The notes under the pieces: generated by a model
Databases searched by the model: none
The model's input: only the letters and a program-made list of their open reading frames with translations
What the model was told of the DNA's origin: nothing
Position numbers and translations under genes: made by a program
Virus record (IMG/VR): IMGVR_UViG_3300045988_133829
Coordinates: 19,257 to 83,256 of that record
Length of the DNA: 64,000 nt
Source: a virus
Strand: one strand, 5' to 3'
In this document: positions 33,629 through 44,169 of the stretch, in pieces
How the letters are laid out: every line of letters begins with the position of its first letter
Numbering within the stretch: the stretch's first letter is position 1

Positions 33629-35986
33629 TCATTCGTTTTTAATTAATGTTTCATTTGAAATTAAAGTTGAGTTGCTTAACATTGTCAAGTAACTGGAGAT
33701 AACTATGTTTATCTTTTGAGGGGATTTGACTATCTTTCCCGTAATCTCGTAAACGCCATTGTCACCGGATATGGATATATCACTGATAGCATTGCACGAT
33801 ACCTCCATTAGCTTATCAGAGGTATTTGGCAACGTTACAGTGATGGTAACCATGCTATCTACAGAGATATATTCTCCGGGATTAACAGAATAGGTTATGG
33901 AAGAATAAGGTATATTACTCTTCACTATCGGTCTAAACTCCACCATATCCGGATACAGCGTACCCAGCTTATGCTTCTTCAACTGGCGCTCTATCAAGAA
34001 CTCGGACATACTATAAGGGAAGGACATGAGAGAGTAGATAGCTCCATTGAAGAAACGAGAATCTCTATCTCGAATTGTTCCTAGCCATAACTTATCACTA
34101 TCTTTAGATGTTCCGACAGTTAAATCTTTCCCATTATAACTATATGTTGATTGATAACTTATACCTCTAGTAAAATCAGTATTAGCAACTTTACCATTAT
34201 CTTTATAGAAACTCCAAGCACTTATATTATTAGGAGCACCTAAGTACTCAAATAAGAAAGCACCTTGTTTGTTTACATCTGTTGAATCTTCGGATTTAGA
34301 AGCGACTATTCCGGCTGTATCACCAATAGATATTATTTGTCTATCTATAATGAAAGTATAATCCTTGTAAACAGGCATCCCTGTCACCTTACCGAAGTCA
34401 TTTACTCCGTCAAGGCAGAGAGCACCTGCGTGGGAGGGAATCTGGATAACTTTATAACTGCTATTAGGATTAATAATAAAAGCATTAAATTCAGCAGTAG
34501 TAAGTATAGAATTATGAGATGTAGGTAGTGTATATATCTTACTCTCATTCAAAGTAAAATACTTTATTTTGCCTTCCTCGTTATAATATTTATACTCTCC
34601 TCCGGTTCCTTTTATTATCTCAACTTTTATTTTGTACTCTTTTATGTCGCTATTACCCGGAGTCAGATTATACGACAACGCAGTTCTTTTTGCATCGGTA
34701 TTGTTTGTAATGTGAAAAAGTTCACTGGTTTTATTTACTACATCGATTGAAGAACCGGTAATCCAAGTTGAAAAATCAACCTCATACTTCCCAATACCTG
34801 AATCCCCCTTCCAAGCAATATTGTTCAACTGAATATCCCTACCGTTGCCGGAAAAGTCAATCAGCCTGTCGCCAAACTCTGCGTGGTTCTCGTTTGTGAT
34901 TCCCTGTTTCTTGACATTACACAGGATATCAGGTTTAAGAGTTCTATCCAAGTTGAAGTAGGCGATTACCTGATTGATTTGGTCGGTGGTTAGTACCTTG
35001 TTGGCGATGATTGTCCAGTACCAAGCAATAGAAGCTGTTTCTCTTAAAATGTCGTCTTCTCCAATCCAGCCTACAACTGAAAACTTAGCTTCTAAATTAG
35101 AAGTATAATCTCCGCCTATAATTCCATAATCATTTTTATCTCCAAGAATATTATTTATAACTGTAATATTTTGATTTTTTACAGTATAACCATATATTCC
35201 GGTTTTATTATTAGAAAAACTTGTAATTCTATTACTTGTCCCCCAAGAACCTAATTTAATTCTAACAGTATTTGAATGTATATTACCTTCTGGGACATCT
35301 ATATGATGTATCATAGATAAGACAGTATATTCGCTACTTCCTCTTAGCATCTCCTGTACGGTCTTGGTGGAAGTAATCAGGTCGTCGATTCCGTCGGTGA
35401 CGAAGGCGCCTTCAAAAGAGGGGATTTGCTCGATAGTAATCTCACTATCCCCTGATATGTAAGCAAAGCCTATATTGTACGTTTGTCCATCGTCCTTCGC
35501 ATAGCTTTTCGGAAGAGTATTTATACCAGAAGTCAATCTTATTTCCGACCTAGTAGTATCATCGGGATTTGCTATATACCAATATATTAATTCGGTAACA
35601 TTTCCGATAATGTTTACTTTCATTTCATCAACTTCAATAGCTGCATGATTACACAGCCTACCGTTGAGTGATATAGTGGCTTTGTTATGTTGTTTTTGGC
35701 TTATGTTGACAGCCCAATCAAAAGATTCAAAATCTGCACTATACTTTCCAAACCCGCTATTGAGTTTGAAAGCGGCATTACTTATGATGAACGGATTACT
35801 AGCATCAACCAGATTCTTAACTATAGAACGGTCAGCATCATCATTGGATTTACCATAAGCAGAAGCAACAACACGTAATGAATCTAATACGTCTTTTTCA
35901 ATGTAGGGCTTACTAGTAGCCCTACAGTATTGATTTGGTATACCAAAATCAATACCAATGCCTATACCTTTAGCCCCACCAATCAT
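33629..35986 (-). CDS. large tail/baseplate protein with LamG/concanavalin-like repeats (785 aa)
   Basis: Two LamG-type signatures (GAFVTDGIDDLITS; GALCLDGVNDFGKV ... FFNGAIYSLMSF). Confidence 0.5.
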   Translation of the reverse strand: MIGGAKGIGIGIDFGIPNQYCRATSKPYIEKDVLDSLRVVASAYGKSNDDADRSIVKNLVDASNPFIISNAAFKLNSGFGKYSADFESFDWAVNISQKQHNKATISLNGRLCNHAAIEVDEMKVNIIGNVTELIYWYIANPDDTTRSEIRLTSGINTLPKSYAKDDGQTYNIGFAYISGDSEITIEQIPSFEGAFVTDGIDDLITSTKTVQEMLRGSSEYTVLSMIHHIDVPEGNIHSNTVRIKLGSWGTSNRITSFSNNKTGIYGYTVKNQNITVINNILGDKNDYGIIGGDYTSNLEAKFSVVGWIGEDDILRETASIAWYWTIIANKVLTTDQINQVIAYFNLDRTLKPDILCNVKKQGITNENHAEFGDRLIDFSGNGRDIQLNNIAWKGDSGIGKYEVDFSTWITGSSIDVVNKTSELFHITNNTDAKRTALSYNLTPGNSDIKEYKIKVEIIKGTGGEYKYYNEEGKIKYFTLNESKIYTLPTSHNSILTTAEFNAFIINPNSSYKVIQIPSHAGALCLDGVNDFGKVTGMPVYKDYTFIIDRQIISIGDTAGIVASKSEDSTDVNKQGAFLFEYLGAPNNISAWSFYKDNGKVANTDFTRGISYQSTYSYNGKDLTVGTSKDSDKLWLGTIRDRDSRFFNGAIYSLMSFPYSMSEFLIERQLKKHKLGTLYPDMVEFRPIVKSNIPYSSITYSVNPGEYISVDSMVTITVTLPNTSDKLMEVSCNAISDISISGDNGVYEITGKIVKSPQKINIVISSYLTMLSNSTLISNETLIKNE

Positions 35987-36252
35987 TGTATATAACCTAT
36001 AAATATTCTATAATTTGAAAGCATATCATCTGTAACAACAATGTTGTTTAATGCAATAGGATTCCAAACGCAAGTTAACAGAGGCAAAGCTAAATTTTCT
36101 TTCTTACTCTGATATGTAGGTAGACCATCTACAATAATCACATTGCTAGCATCCTCTGATTTCGGATATAAGAAAACATAGTAAGGTTTTATATCAATAA
36201 ATGTTTCTACCTTTTCTAATTCTATAATGTTGTTTATGATATTCGTGTACAT
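35983..36252 (-). CDS. hypothetical protein (89 aa)
   Basis: ORF track; overlaps its neighbour by 4 nt. Confidence 0.5.
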   Translation of the reverse strand: MYTNIINNIIELEKVETFIDIKPYYVFLYPKSEDASNVIIVDGLPTYQSKKENLALPLLTCVWNPIALNNIVVTDDMLSNYRIFIGYIQ

Positions 36253-36254
36253 AG

Positions 36255-37820
36255 TTATTCCTCCTTTTTATTATTGTTATTATTACCTTGTTCTGAATAT
36301 TTTTGAGATATTATCAATGCCTGTTCCTGTTGGTATAGTTGCTCATCTATTTTATTTTGCTTTTCTTTTTCAAGTCTAGCTTTCTCATCCGGTTTTGCAT
36401 CAGGGTTCATTTCACTGGCAGTTTCAACAGAAAGAAATCCTGATGTAACTCCTGTTTGTAATCTTGTTACAATATCAGTTTCAGATTGAGGTCTATATAC
36501 TTTGAATTTAGCGTTAATATGTAAGTTGTCGAAATCCGTAATAGCACTGGGTTGAATTTGTGAGACTACAAGTTCTTTTGCTAATCCTTGTTTGAATAGA
36601 CGAACCATTTTATCCGCAACATTTTGCCATTCTATTACACCTTTTGATGCATTCTCAATATCCATTGATTGAGTAAGCATTATAGCAACACCTGATATAT
36701 CTCCTGTTGTCTTTACATCTTTAGGGAGCAAGAACGTTGTACTGGAATTTTTCTGTATAGTTTCCTCCATTAACTGCAAAGTATCTATCGTTCCCTGTGG
36801 TGATGGTGGAGTTAAAAATTTAGCATCATCCGTATTTGCTTCTTGACTATATGATGTGTTTTTACTGTTTAAGATAACTGAACCTGCTATCTTCTTTCCA
36901 TTGTTTTCAAAATCTCCTTTTATATATAATATTCCCCATCCATGTCTCTTTTGAATTACAAGGAAGATATTGTATAATATTTCATAAGCCTCAATAACAC
37001 TTTGAGCATTTTCCCATGCGACCTTTCCTCTTTTAGTTATTAAAGGGATTTCTGTAAAACCATGAGCCTTTGGTGCTAGACGTCTCCATCCATTATCATC
37101 TACGTTAGTATTATCTCTTATCATGCGATAAAAATAAGTATCATCGTATGAATCAATATATTCTACATCATCAATCTTATAATAAACGCTTTCTAATATA
37201 CGGTCGCCATTATCATCGTCATGCGGACATAAGACATAGCCATCCATATAGGATAATATACGGGATTTTATTCTATTGTTTTTATCAAAATAATATAAAA
37301 GTCCTACATCACCAACTGATTTTTGAACGTCAACCATTTTGGTTTTCATTCCGTCTTGGTTTCTTAAATCCCAATACTGTTTAAAGGTAACAAAGTCAGC
37401 TCTTTGTTTTTCATCAGGATTGGCATCCATAAGAGTAAAAGACATTGGAAGTCCGCATAAATGTTGTACCTGCTTGTCTTTAATATTTTGTTGGAAAGAA
37501 ACCGCCATTTTCTTATATTGAACCTCAACAAAGCCACCATTATCAAGTTTCATCGTAATAGAAGGTATGTTCTGATCGTATAAAACCTTATGGTTTTCAG
37601 GCTCTAATTCCATCAAATACTCATCTTGCGTAATAACACGTTTTTTTAATTGAGGAAGAGTAACCGAAATCATATCTGTAAATCCGGCTCTTTTCAAATA
37701 ATTATTCAGTGTATTGTTACATACACACGATGTATCATAACCTCGAAAAAAAGGTTTCTTTTGTAGTATCTTTTCAGGGTTATTCAATAATTCTTGTACT
37801 TGTTCTGAAATTTCACTCAT
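36255..37820 (-). CDS. portal protein (521 aa)
   Basis: Size and position one gene downstream of TerL; charged C-terminal tail; no motif verified. Confidence 0.55.
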   Translation of the reverse strand: MSEISEQVQELLNNPEKILQKKPFFRGYDTSCVCNNTLNNYLKRAGFTDMISVTLPQLKKRVITQDEYLMELEPENHKVLYDQNIPSITMKLDNGGFVEVQYKKMAVSFQQNIKDKQVQHLCGLPMSFTLMDANPDEKQRADFVTFKQYWDLRNQDGMKTKMVDVQKSVGDVGLLYYFDKNNRIKSRILSYMDGYVLCPHDDDNGDRILESVYYKIDDVEYIDSYDDTYFYRMIRDNTNVDDNGWRRLAPKAHGFTEIPLITKRGKVAWENAQSVIEAYEILYNIFLVIQKRHGWGILYIKGDFENNGKKIAGSVILNSKNTSYSQEANTDDAKFLTPPSPQGTIDTLQLMEETIQKNSSTTFLLPKDVKTTGDISGVAIMLTQSMDIENASKGVIEWQNVADKMVRLFKQGLAKELVVSQIQPSAITDFDNLHINAKFKVYRPQSETDIVTRLQTGVTSGFLSVETASEMNPDAKPDEKARLEKEKQNKIDEQLYQQEQALIISQKYSEQGNNNNNKKEE

Positions 37821-38394
37821 TGTCTTTTTCTACTAGGTTATATTTTTTCATTAAATCTTCTTTTGTGGGAATATATAACTCATGTGAACAGTATTCACAT
37901 ACAGCGTTATACTTTTGTTCTACAATGATATATTGTTGTCCTCCCTCTTCTGATACCTTAAACTTATCATTAAGTTTACTGCGGATTTCAATCTCTGCTT
38001 TAACACCATCTTTAGCAGACATATCACCACTTTGAACAAGATCGTTAACCTTTTGTAGCATTGCTATCAATTTAGCTTTATTCTCCTCAAAAGTAATATC
38101 TTGGATCAATTCATCATTGTTAATTTCATTCTTCTTGATTTGTTTAACTTTCTCTTCTTTTTTAAAGTTACTAGAAATATACATTTTCAAGAAATCAATT
38201 TTTTTGCTTGTATCATACTTTTTAATACTATTTTCGTCAGCATCCTTATCGAAAATAGATTTATAAGCTACAACAGAACTGCAATATTCAAAGAATAAGA
38301 TAACATACGATATGTCTCTTACCGTCACTTCATGCTTCATCTTAGAAGCATCCTTAATTGTTTTTTCTATATCTTTAACTGTCATTACGCCCAA
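37813..38394 (-). CDS. hypothetical protein between TerL and portal (193 aa)
   Basis: ORF track; overlaps both neighbours. Confidence 0.5.
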   Translation of the reverse strand: MGVMTVKDIEKTIKDASKMKHEVTVRDISYVILFFEYCSSVVAYKSIFDKDADENSIKKYDTSKKIDFLKMYISSNFKKEEKVKQIKKNEINNDELIQDITFEENKAKLIAMLQKVNDLVQSGDMSAKDGVKAEIEIRSKLNDKFKVSEEGGQQYIIVEQKYNAVCEYCSHELYIPTKEDLMKKYNLVEKDNE

Positions 38395-39998
38395 AAACTA
38401 TCGTTATAAATTTCAAGATTTGTCTCTCCGGTTTTTCTATCGTTTCTTTTGATAGAAGTTTTTTCTAGCTCATCTCCTTTTTGATATTGGAGAACAGGCA
38501 AAAATCTCATAGCTATTGGATCTAACACGTCCATTGAACGTCCTCGACCAAGCATTTGATTCATCTCTTTTTTAGATGCTAATCGTTTCCTTCCTGTCCC
38601 TTGTTCATTAAAACGCACTACTGAACATTCTTCAACAAATTCATCAAAAACGGTAATTTCGTCTTTCATTTTTTCATGGGTGTACATTTTGGAAGCGACC
38701 TTATCGCTAAAAGATATTCCTTTTTCGTTTACATGGTAAACAACTCTATCATAGCATTCATCTTTTAATGTACAAAAAGCTCTGAAATAGACACCTCTCG
38801 TTTTACTGTATGATATAAATGGTATAGCATCTGGTATATAATCGTTGATATAAGCACCATTATTACCATCAAATATAATATGAGTGTCCGGGATATTATA
38901 TCTAGCAGCCAAAATTTGTAATGTATTCGCATTTTGTTGTGGAGTTGAATGTCCCAATACTACAATATCTATAATGTGAAATCCATCCCATACCAACGAA
39001 ACGAAATTATCTTTACCTGTATCAGCTAAGTCGGCAGTAATCCATATATCACCATTAATTTGCGGATCTGCCAATTCTATTTCACGAGCTTTATAAGAAG
39101 GGATAGGAGCTTCGGAATCATCTTCCATGTCAACATTCCAATTACCTTCAATTAACATGTGGCTCATCTTCCCACCAGTGGAAGCTACACTACCAATATA
39201 TCCCGGATTGTTTTTTAATAAAGCTGTATTTTCCGCTAGATTACCTTTAATAAACACGAATGACTTAATAAGCTCGTTATAGTCAAAATTACCTTTTAGA
39301 CTAGATAATTTCCTATCTATATCTATTTTAGCTTGTTTATATACTTCTTCTTTCGTATTTCCCCAAATAACATCATCAATAGTGTCTCCATTGATATAGA
39401 AATATCTTACTACGCCATCTCTTTCAGGGATAATGTAGCCATCTATACCGATATACCAGCTTAGCCATTTTCTTACCCAATGATTTTTTTTAGGATTTAA
39501 GGTAGCTCTAATTTTCCCTGACCATTTTGCAGAACCTCTACAGCGAGACATTATATATTTAAACGTCTCAAATTTATATCCTGTTAATTCTTCCCAGAAA
39601 AACGCATCTGCTTGGACACCCTTCCAAGTCTCTACGATTAATTTATAATCTTCATTCGCTAAATGTCTAGCTTCTACATACGCTTTGCTTGGAAACGTAA
39701 TTCGAGGGGAATCAGACATTTTTGTATCTATAATATCCCCATAAGCTTCACGAAAACCATCTACAATACCGCCTGCCGTTTTTAAGTCTCCTAAATTTTT
39801 TCTAAGGAAAATGGCTTTGAAATTGGGGTCTAAGACAGCTTCCGCCACAGAAAGAATTGAGCCAAAGGTTTTTCCTCCTCCAAGCGTTCCGCCAAAGAAA
39901 GCAACATCAACATTTGAACGTACAAATTTGGTTTGTCCGCCTTCTTGTGGTGTCACCACCTTAAAACCTTGTCTTTTTAATTCCTCTGCTAAACTCAT
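38385..39998 (-). CDS. terL: terminase large subunit
   Basis: Walker A GTLGGGKT, Walker B-like FFWEELT, C-terminal nuclease-type acidic motifs (DLADTGKDNF). Confidence 0.85.
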   Translation of the reverse strand: MSLAEELKRQGFKVVTPQEGGQTKFVRSNVDVAFFGGTLGGGKTFGSILSVAEAVLDPNFKAIFLRKNLGDLKTAGGIVDGFREAYGDIIDTKMSDSPRITFPSKAYVEARHLANEDYKLIVETWKGVQADAFFWEELTGYKFETFKYIMSRCRGSAKWSGKIRATLNPKKNHWVRKWLSWYIGIDGYIIPERDGVVRYFYINGDTIDDVIWGNTKEEVYKQAKIDIDRKLSSLKGNFDYNELIKSFVFIKGNLAENTALLKNNPGYIGSVASTGGKMSHMLIEGNWNVDMEDDSEAPIPSYKAREIELADPQINGDIWITADLADTGKDNFVSLVWDGFHIIDIVVLGHSTPQQNANTLQILAARYNIPDTHIIFDGNNGAYINDYIPDAIPFISYSKTRGVYFRAFCTLKDECYDRVVYHVNEKGISFSDKVASKMYTHEKMKDEITVFDEFVEECSVVRFNEQGTGRKRLASKKEMNQMLGRGRSMDVLDPIAMRFLPVLQYQKGDELEKTSIKRNDRKTGETNLEIYNDSFWA

Positions 39999-39999
39999 T

Positions 40000-41001
40000 T
40001 TAATCTGTTATTTCAACTTCGTAATTCATCAATGCATTATAAGCTATATCTGATAGCTTATCTTTATATTTATTTGCCACCTCTTTTATAAAAGATTCCT
40101 TCTCTCGTTTGTATGCTAAAAAGGCTTCTTCTTCTGTAGGGAAAACACCAAGATAACATGTTTTACCCCATTTCAATAGCGTTGCTGTATAATTTGTTCC
40201 ATTATGTGAAACCCCTATATAAAAGTCACCTCTTTTGTTTTTATTTGTAATAAAAATAGTATTTATTTCTTTAGGTACGAAGCAACAAGTTTTAGGTGAA
40301 TATTCACGGTTGTTGTGAACCCGAATGTCTTTGTCAAGAGAATATCCTTCTTGGTAGTTTTCATCAAACCATTGTTTGAAATTAGAGAAAGATAACCATT
40401 CATCACATACTGTACAGTCTTGATATGTAGTCTTATATTCTAAAGATTTAGAATCATAACATCTGCGTATCATTCCGTACCATATATCATAACTTTTTAA
40501 TAAATTCCCATTATCATCAACACAACGACCTTTATAATCATTTCTAGCAACTCCATAAATTAATGTATTTCTATCTAATATACGTTTGCTTTTTGAACAT
40601 TGAGGGCAACCATGTCTATTTAGCAAATTGTTGGGAGTTTGAAAGAAAAGACCATGTTCTGGACATATTACACATACTTTCACGTTCGATTTTATATAAT
40701 CCACTTTGGAATAATCATAATGTGGATATATTAATGAAGCCTTTTCAATAAATAATTCTGTATCACTTGCTACATTGCTACATTTAGGGCATCCACACTT
40801 TGTTGACACATGAGTTCTTGGTAGTTGCCAGAATGATCCATGTTCAGAACATACTATCTCCACCTTTGTATTATTGTTTACATATACAACTTTGGAGTAA
40901 TCATATTTATTTCCATGAACCATAATTGCTTCTTTAATAAATTCTTCTTTAGTCTTTTTTCTAGGCATAATATTTTTTTTGTTGGCATGGTTAATATTCA
41001 A
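40000..41001 (-). CDS. HNH-like/AP2-domain homing-endonuclease-like protein (333 aa)
   Basis: Two N-terminal YDYSKV...C.EHG....P......CP.CS zinc-ribbon repeats. Central W..MIRRC...V.CDEW and LDKD...N block. C-terminal AP2-like YIGVS...YLGVFPTEEEAFLAY. Paralogue of 52730..53446. Confidence 0.6.
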   Translation of the reverse strand: MNINHANKKNIMPRKKTKEEFIKEAIMVHGNKYDYSKVVYVNNNTKVEIVCSEHGSFWQLPRTHVSTKCGCPKCSNVASDTELFIEKASLIYPHYDYSKVDYIKSNVKVCVICPEHGLFFQTPNNLLNRHGCPQCSKSKRILDRNTLIYGVARNDYKGRCVDDNGNLLKSYDIWYGMIRRCYDSKSLEYKTTYQDCTVCDEWLSFSNFKQWFDENYQEGYSLDKDIRVHNNREYSPKTCCFVPKEINTIFITNKNKRGDFYIGVSHNGTNYTATLLKWGKTCYLGVFPTEEEAFLAYKREKESFIKEVANKYKDKLSDIAYNALMNYEVEITD

Positions 41002-41070
41002 ATAATGGGAAGTGTCATGCCTAAACCACTTATCGCAGGTTAATTACTCCTGCTATCCCATTATCCAATG

Positions 41071-41078
41071 CAAATATA
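41071..41078 (-). promoter_or_regulatory. candidate -7 promoter element for the leftward late block
   Basis: Plus strand caaatata = minus strand TATATTTG. Confidence 0.35.
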
Positions 41079-41136
41079 TACATTTATCTGCAAAAATACT
41101 ATTCTAAATCTTCTGCTTTTTTAATATTAGAAAAAC

Positions 41137-41156
41137 TTAGTACACCGGTGTACTAA
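41137..41156. promoter_or_regulatory. perfect 20-bp palindrome TTAGTACACC/GGTGTACTAA in the divergent late intergenic region
   Basis: Read directly; the half-site recurs three times at 54708-54749. Confidence 0.6.
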
Positions 41157-41235
41157 ATAGTTCCCTTATTTCATGGGATAACTTAGTTTATTCCTTTATT
41201 TTGTGTGCAAATTATTAACATAACTTAGAGGAATT

Positions 41236-41856
41236 ATGAAGTTTACAAAAGAACAAGCCGTTGAACAACTCAAAGGCTTACTGACAGAAGGTGGGAAAAC
41301 CCTGCATTTGTCAGACAGAACAATTAATGAGAATATAGATGACCTAATTCCATTATTGGTAAATGATGAAACTGAACTTTCTGATTTTATAAGTAAGGCA
41401 TTACCTTTTGTAAAAAGGACAAATGCAAACTTTGAAAAAGAAAAGGCAGATTTTATTAAGAGCTATAAACCCACTCAATCTCAAACTACACAGCAGCAAC
41501 AGTCTAAAACTCCGCCTACTGATGACGATGCCTTATCGCAATTACAAGCGCAGATACAGCAGTTGCAAGACAAAATAGAAAGAGAAGAAAAGGAAAAAGC
41601 TCTATCGCAAGTAAGGAAAAACTTTAAGTCTGAATTGAAATCCGCTGGGATTAAGGATGATAAGTGGATTGACACTTACATTTCTAAAATTCAAATTTCG
41701 GAAGATTTAGATATAAAGGAAGAAGCGAAGTCTACATTAGAATTATACAACCTTTCCAGAGTTGATATACCTGATGGGACAACCCCTTACAAGCCTATTG
41801 GTGGTGATCCCTCTAAGAGTAAGATAAGTTGGGATGATGTTAAAAATGAAAAATAA
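41236..41856 (+). CDS. putative scaffolding protein (206 aa)
   Basis: Q/E/K-rich coiled-coil-like protein two genes upstream of the capsid gene. Confidence 0.5.
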   Translation: MKFTKEQAVEQLKGLLTEGGKTLHLSDRTINENIDDLIPLLVNDETELSDFISKALPFVKRTNANFEKEKADFIKSYKPTQSQTTQQQQSKTPPTDDDALSQLQAQIQQLQDKIEREEKEKALSQVRKNFKSELKSAGIKDDKWIDTYISKIQISEDLDIKEEAKSTLELYNLSRVDIPDGTTPYKPIGGDPSKSKISWDDVKNEK

Positions 41857-41871
41857 AAAAATTATAAGAAT

Positions 41872-42615
41872 ATGGTAGAAAATCTTTTAAATACGACCGC
41901 AGCCGTAATGTATGGTAGAACCATGTTACAGGGGAGTGGTATTATCGGAGGTACTAGAGAAGTCTTTGTGCCGAGAGTATGCGTATTGAATGACCAAGTA
42001 TTCCCTCAAACTGGTGGTATTATCAAGAATCCGTTTAAAACAGGCGGTAAGATGTACGCAGGTGATTTGGTAGAATATCATTGGAATGGTAATGGTGTCG
42101 CTAATAGTCACGAAAATGCAGAAGTGATTCTTTTGAAGGTATTTGAAGTTCAGGCAGCTACTGGTTCTTCCGATACAACAGTATATATAAAAAGAGATGG
42201 TTTCAGACATAAACCTTGTGTAGGTGATGTTTTAATGAAAGCTCCTGATGATTTTGCTACGACAGGTACAGCAGTCACAGTTTCAGCAGTAGAGGCAACA
42301 ACTAATACAAAAGAAAATGTATGGAAATTAACGTTGTCTGCAACTCTCGGAACATTAGCAAAAAATGATATTTTGGTTGAAGCTGCCGAAGCTGGTTCCG
42401 GTAAAAAGATGCTTGTTCAGAATCCGAATGCTGTTCTTCCTTGTGATTTGGATTTGAAATATAGACCTGCAACAGGTGAAGAAGATGAGGAAGGAGCTAC
42501 GTATATGGTTACACCTGCATTGCACGCAACAATGTACACCTATTTGATGTCTCCGATTCCTCCAGCTGTTAAAACTATTAACAAGTCAAGAATTGATGGT
42601 TGGTTTGAAATTTAA
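41872..42615 (+). CDS. head-associated protein (decoration or accessory; 247 aa)
   Basis: Position between scaffold and capsid genes only. Confidence 0.4.
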   Translation: MVENLLNTTAAVMYGRTMLQGSGIIGGTREVFVPRVCVLNDQVFPQTGGIIKNPFKTGGKMYAGDLVEYHWNGNGVANSHENAEVILLKVFEVQAATGSSDTTVYIKRDGFRHKPCVGDVLMKAPDDFATTGTAVTVSAVEATTNTKENVWKLTLSATLGTLAKNDILVEAAEAGSGKKMLVQNPNAVLPCDLDLKYRPATGEEDEEGATYMVTPALHATMYTYLMSPIPPAVKTINKSRIDGWFEI

Positions 42616-42629
42616 AGAAAATAAGAAGT

Positions 42630-43805
42630 ATGTCAAGATTCGATTTTAATAATAGTAGATATGCGGCTTTTTTCCGTAGCGGAGAAGGTCAGCAAATACT
42701 CCGTGATTATATTGATAATTCAGGAATGATTAATATCAATTATAATTGGTGGAGAAATCAATTTGCAGTTAATCCTGAAGTAACTCCTACCGATTCTTCT
42801 GGTAAGGCTAGCTTCATGGTTCAAGCATCTGAAAATCGTGCTGCTGGTGTTTTGGATATGCGTGCTCCATTAGGTAAGGCACATCCGTATAAAAAGGAAG
42901 GAATTTCTTTCTATACAGGAACAATCCCCGACTTTACATCAGATGCTATTGCTGAAACAGCAATGGAACGTATGTATAAGGAAAAATATTTTGCAGAATT
43001 TGGGAATGATGCTAAATTTATCAGAGAATGGACTAAAAGAGTCCAAGACTTGATTGATGCTAAAGACCAAACTGCAAATTATATGTGCGCTCAACTTCAG
43101 ACAGAAGGTTATGTTAAGTATGATATTGGTCGAGGTATCAAAGGCATTAAACAAAAAGCCGCTATTCCAGAAGAAAACTTTGTAAAGGCAGGAGAAAAAG
43201 TGTGGACTGCTCCCGATGCTAAATTATTCTCTCAAATGGCAATTATTGAAGATGGATTTAGACAAAGAACAGGATTTACTGGTGCGATGAAATGGCTTAT
43301 CCCAAAGAAAATGTACAGTGATGTATTTCTGCATAATGCGGAAGTCAAACAGTGGATAAACTATTTGCGTAATTTGAACACAAATAGCCCAATGGAAGCC
43401 CCAGATATTCCTGTTGTTCTGAAAAAACAATTCGATGATGCTGTTGCAGCATTTGATGGTCTTTCTCCTATCGAAATTGTAGTAGAGGAAGAAAAGAATA
43501 AGGATTGGAAAGGTGATACTACTGTTAATGGTTGGGCTGCAAACGTTGCTGTACTTCGTCCAGTCGGATATGCAGGTCTTATTATGCATACAACTAGTTT
43601 AGACCAAGAGATGGCTAATATGGCGGGTAATAACGTTGTGTCACAGGCTTTTGCTCCAATTGATGGATTCTCGCTTATCCATAATGCTGAAATGGTAGAT
43701 GGTGAATATAAGTCATGGAATACTCGTTTGATTACGTCATTTATTCCTGCTTTAACAGAGTTCCCTGAACATATTATTGTTGATACATCAACAGCAGATT
43801 CTTAA
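42630..43805 (+). CDS. major capsid protein (391 aa)
   Basis: Size and synteny (scaffold, accessory, capsid, connectors); family not verified. Confidence 0.6.
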   Translation: MSRFDFNNSRYAAFFRSGEGQQILRDYIDNSGMININYNWWRNQFAVNPEVTPTDSSGKASFMVQASENRAAGVLDMRAPLGKAHPYKKEGISFYTGTIPDFTSDAIAETAMERMYKEKYFAEFGNDAKFIREWTKRVQDLIDAKDQTANYMCAQLQTEGYVKYDIGRGIKGIKQKAAIPEENFVKAGEKVWTAPDAKLFSQMAIIEDGFRQRTGFTGAMKWLIPKKMYSDVFLHNAEVKQWINYLRNLNTNSPMEAPDIPVVLKKQFDDAVAAFDGLSPIEIVVEEEKNKDWKGDTTVNGWAANVAVLRPVGYAGLIMHTTSLDQEMANMAGNNVVSQAFAPIDGFSLIHNAEMVDGEYKSWNTRLITSFIPALTEFPEHIIVDTSTADS

Positions 43806-43806
43806 T

Positions 43807-44169
43807 ATGGCTCAAATTGATATTATACACTATCTTGAAGGTTTGACTGCCTTTGTCTTTGACAAGGCAGTCCTTACCCGTATTGCAGTAGATAGAGACG
43901 TTATAGATATTGCAGATACCAAACAGCTTACACAACAGCAAAAAGATTTGCTATTGGCTGATTTGCTTTATGTTATTTTTACCGCTCCCAATTACACTGC
44001 TAGTCTGACGAACCAACATGGAGCTTATACTCAAACGATTGGTAGCCAACGATACGATTCTAAAAAAGATGTATATAATATTATGATAGGTCTGTATAAG
44101 AAATGGGACGATCCAAAGGCTGAATTATTAGGTGGTAGTACAACAACTTGGATAAATGAGTACGACTGA
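43807..44169 (+). CDS. head-tail connector/adaptor candidate (120 aa)
   Basis: ORF 43777..44169 trimmed to the ATG at 43807, just after the capsid stop; synteny only. Confidence 0.45.
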   Translation: MAQIDIIHYLEGLTAFVFDKAVLTRIAVDRDVIDIADTKQLTQQQKDLLLADLLYVIFTAPNYTASLTNQHGAYTQTIGSQRYDSKKDVYNIMIGLYKKWDDPKAELLGGSTTTWINEYD

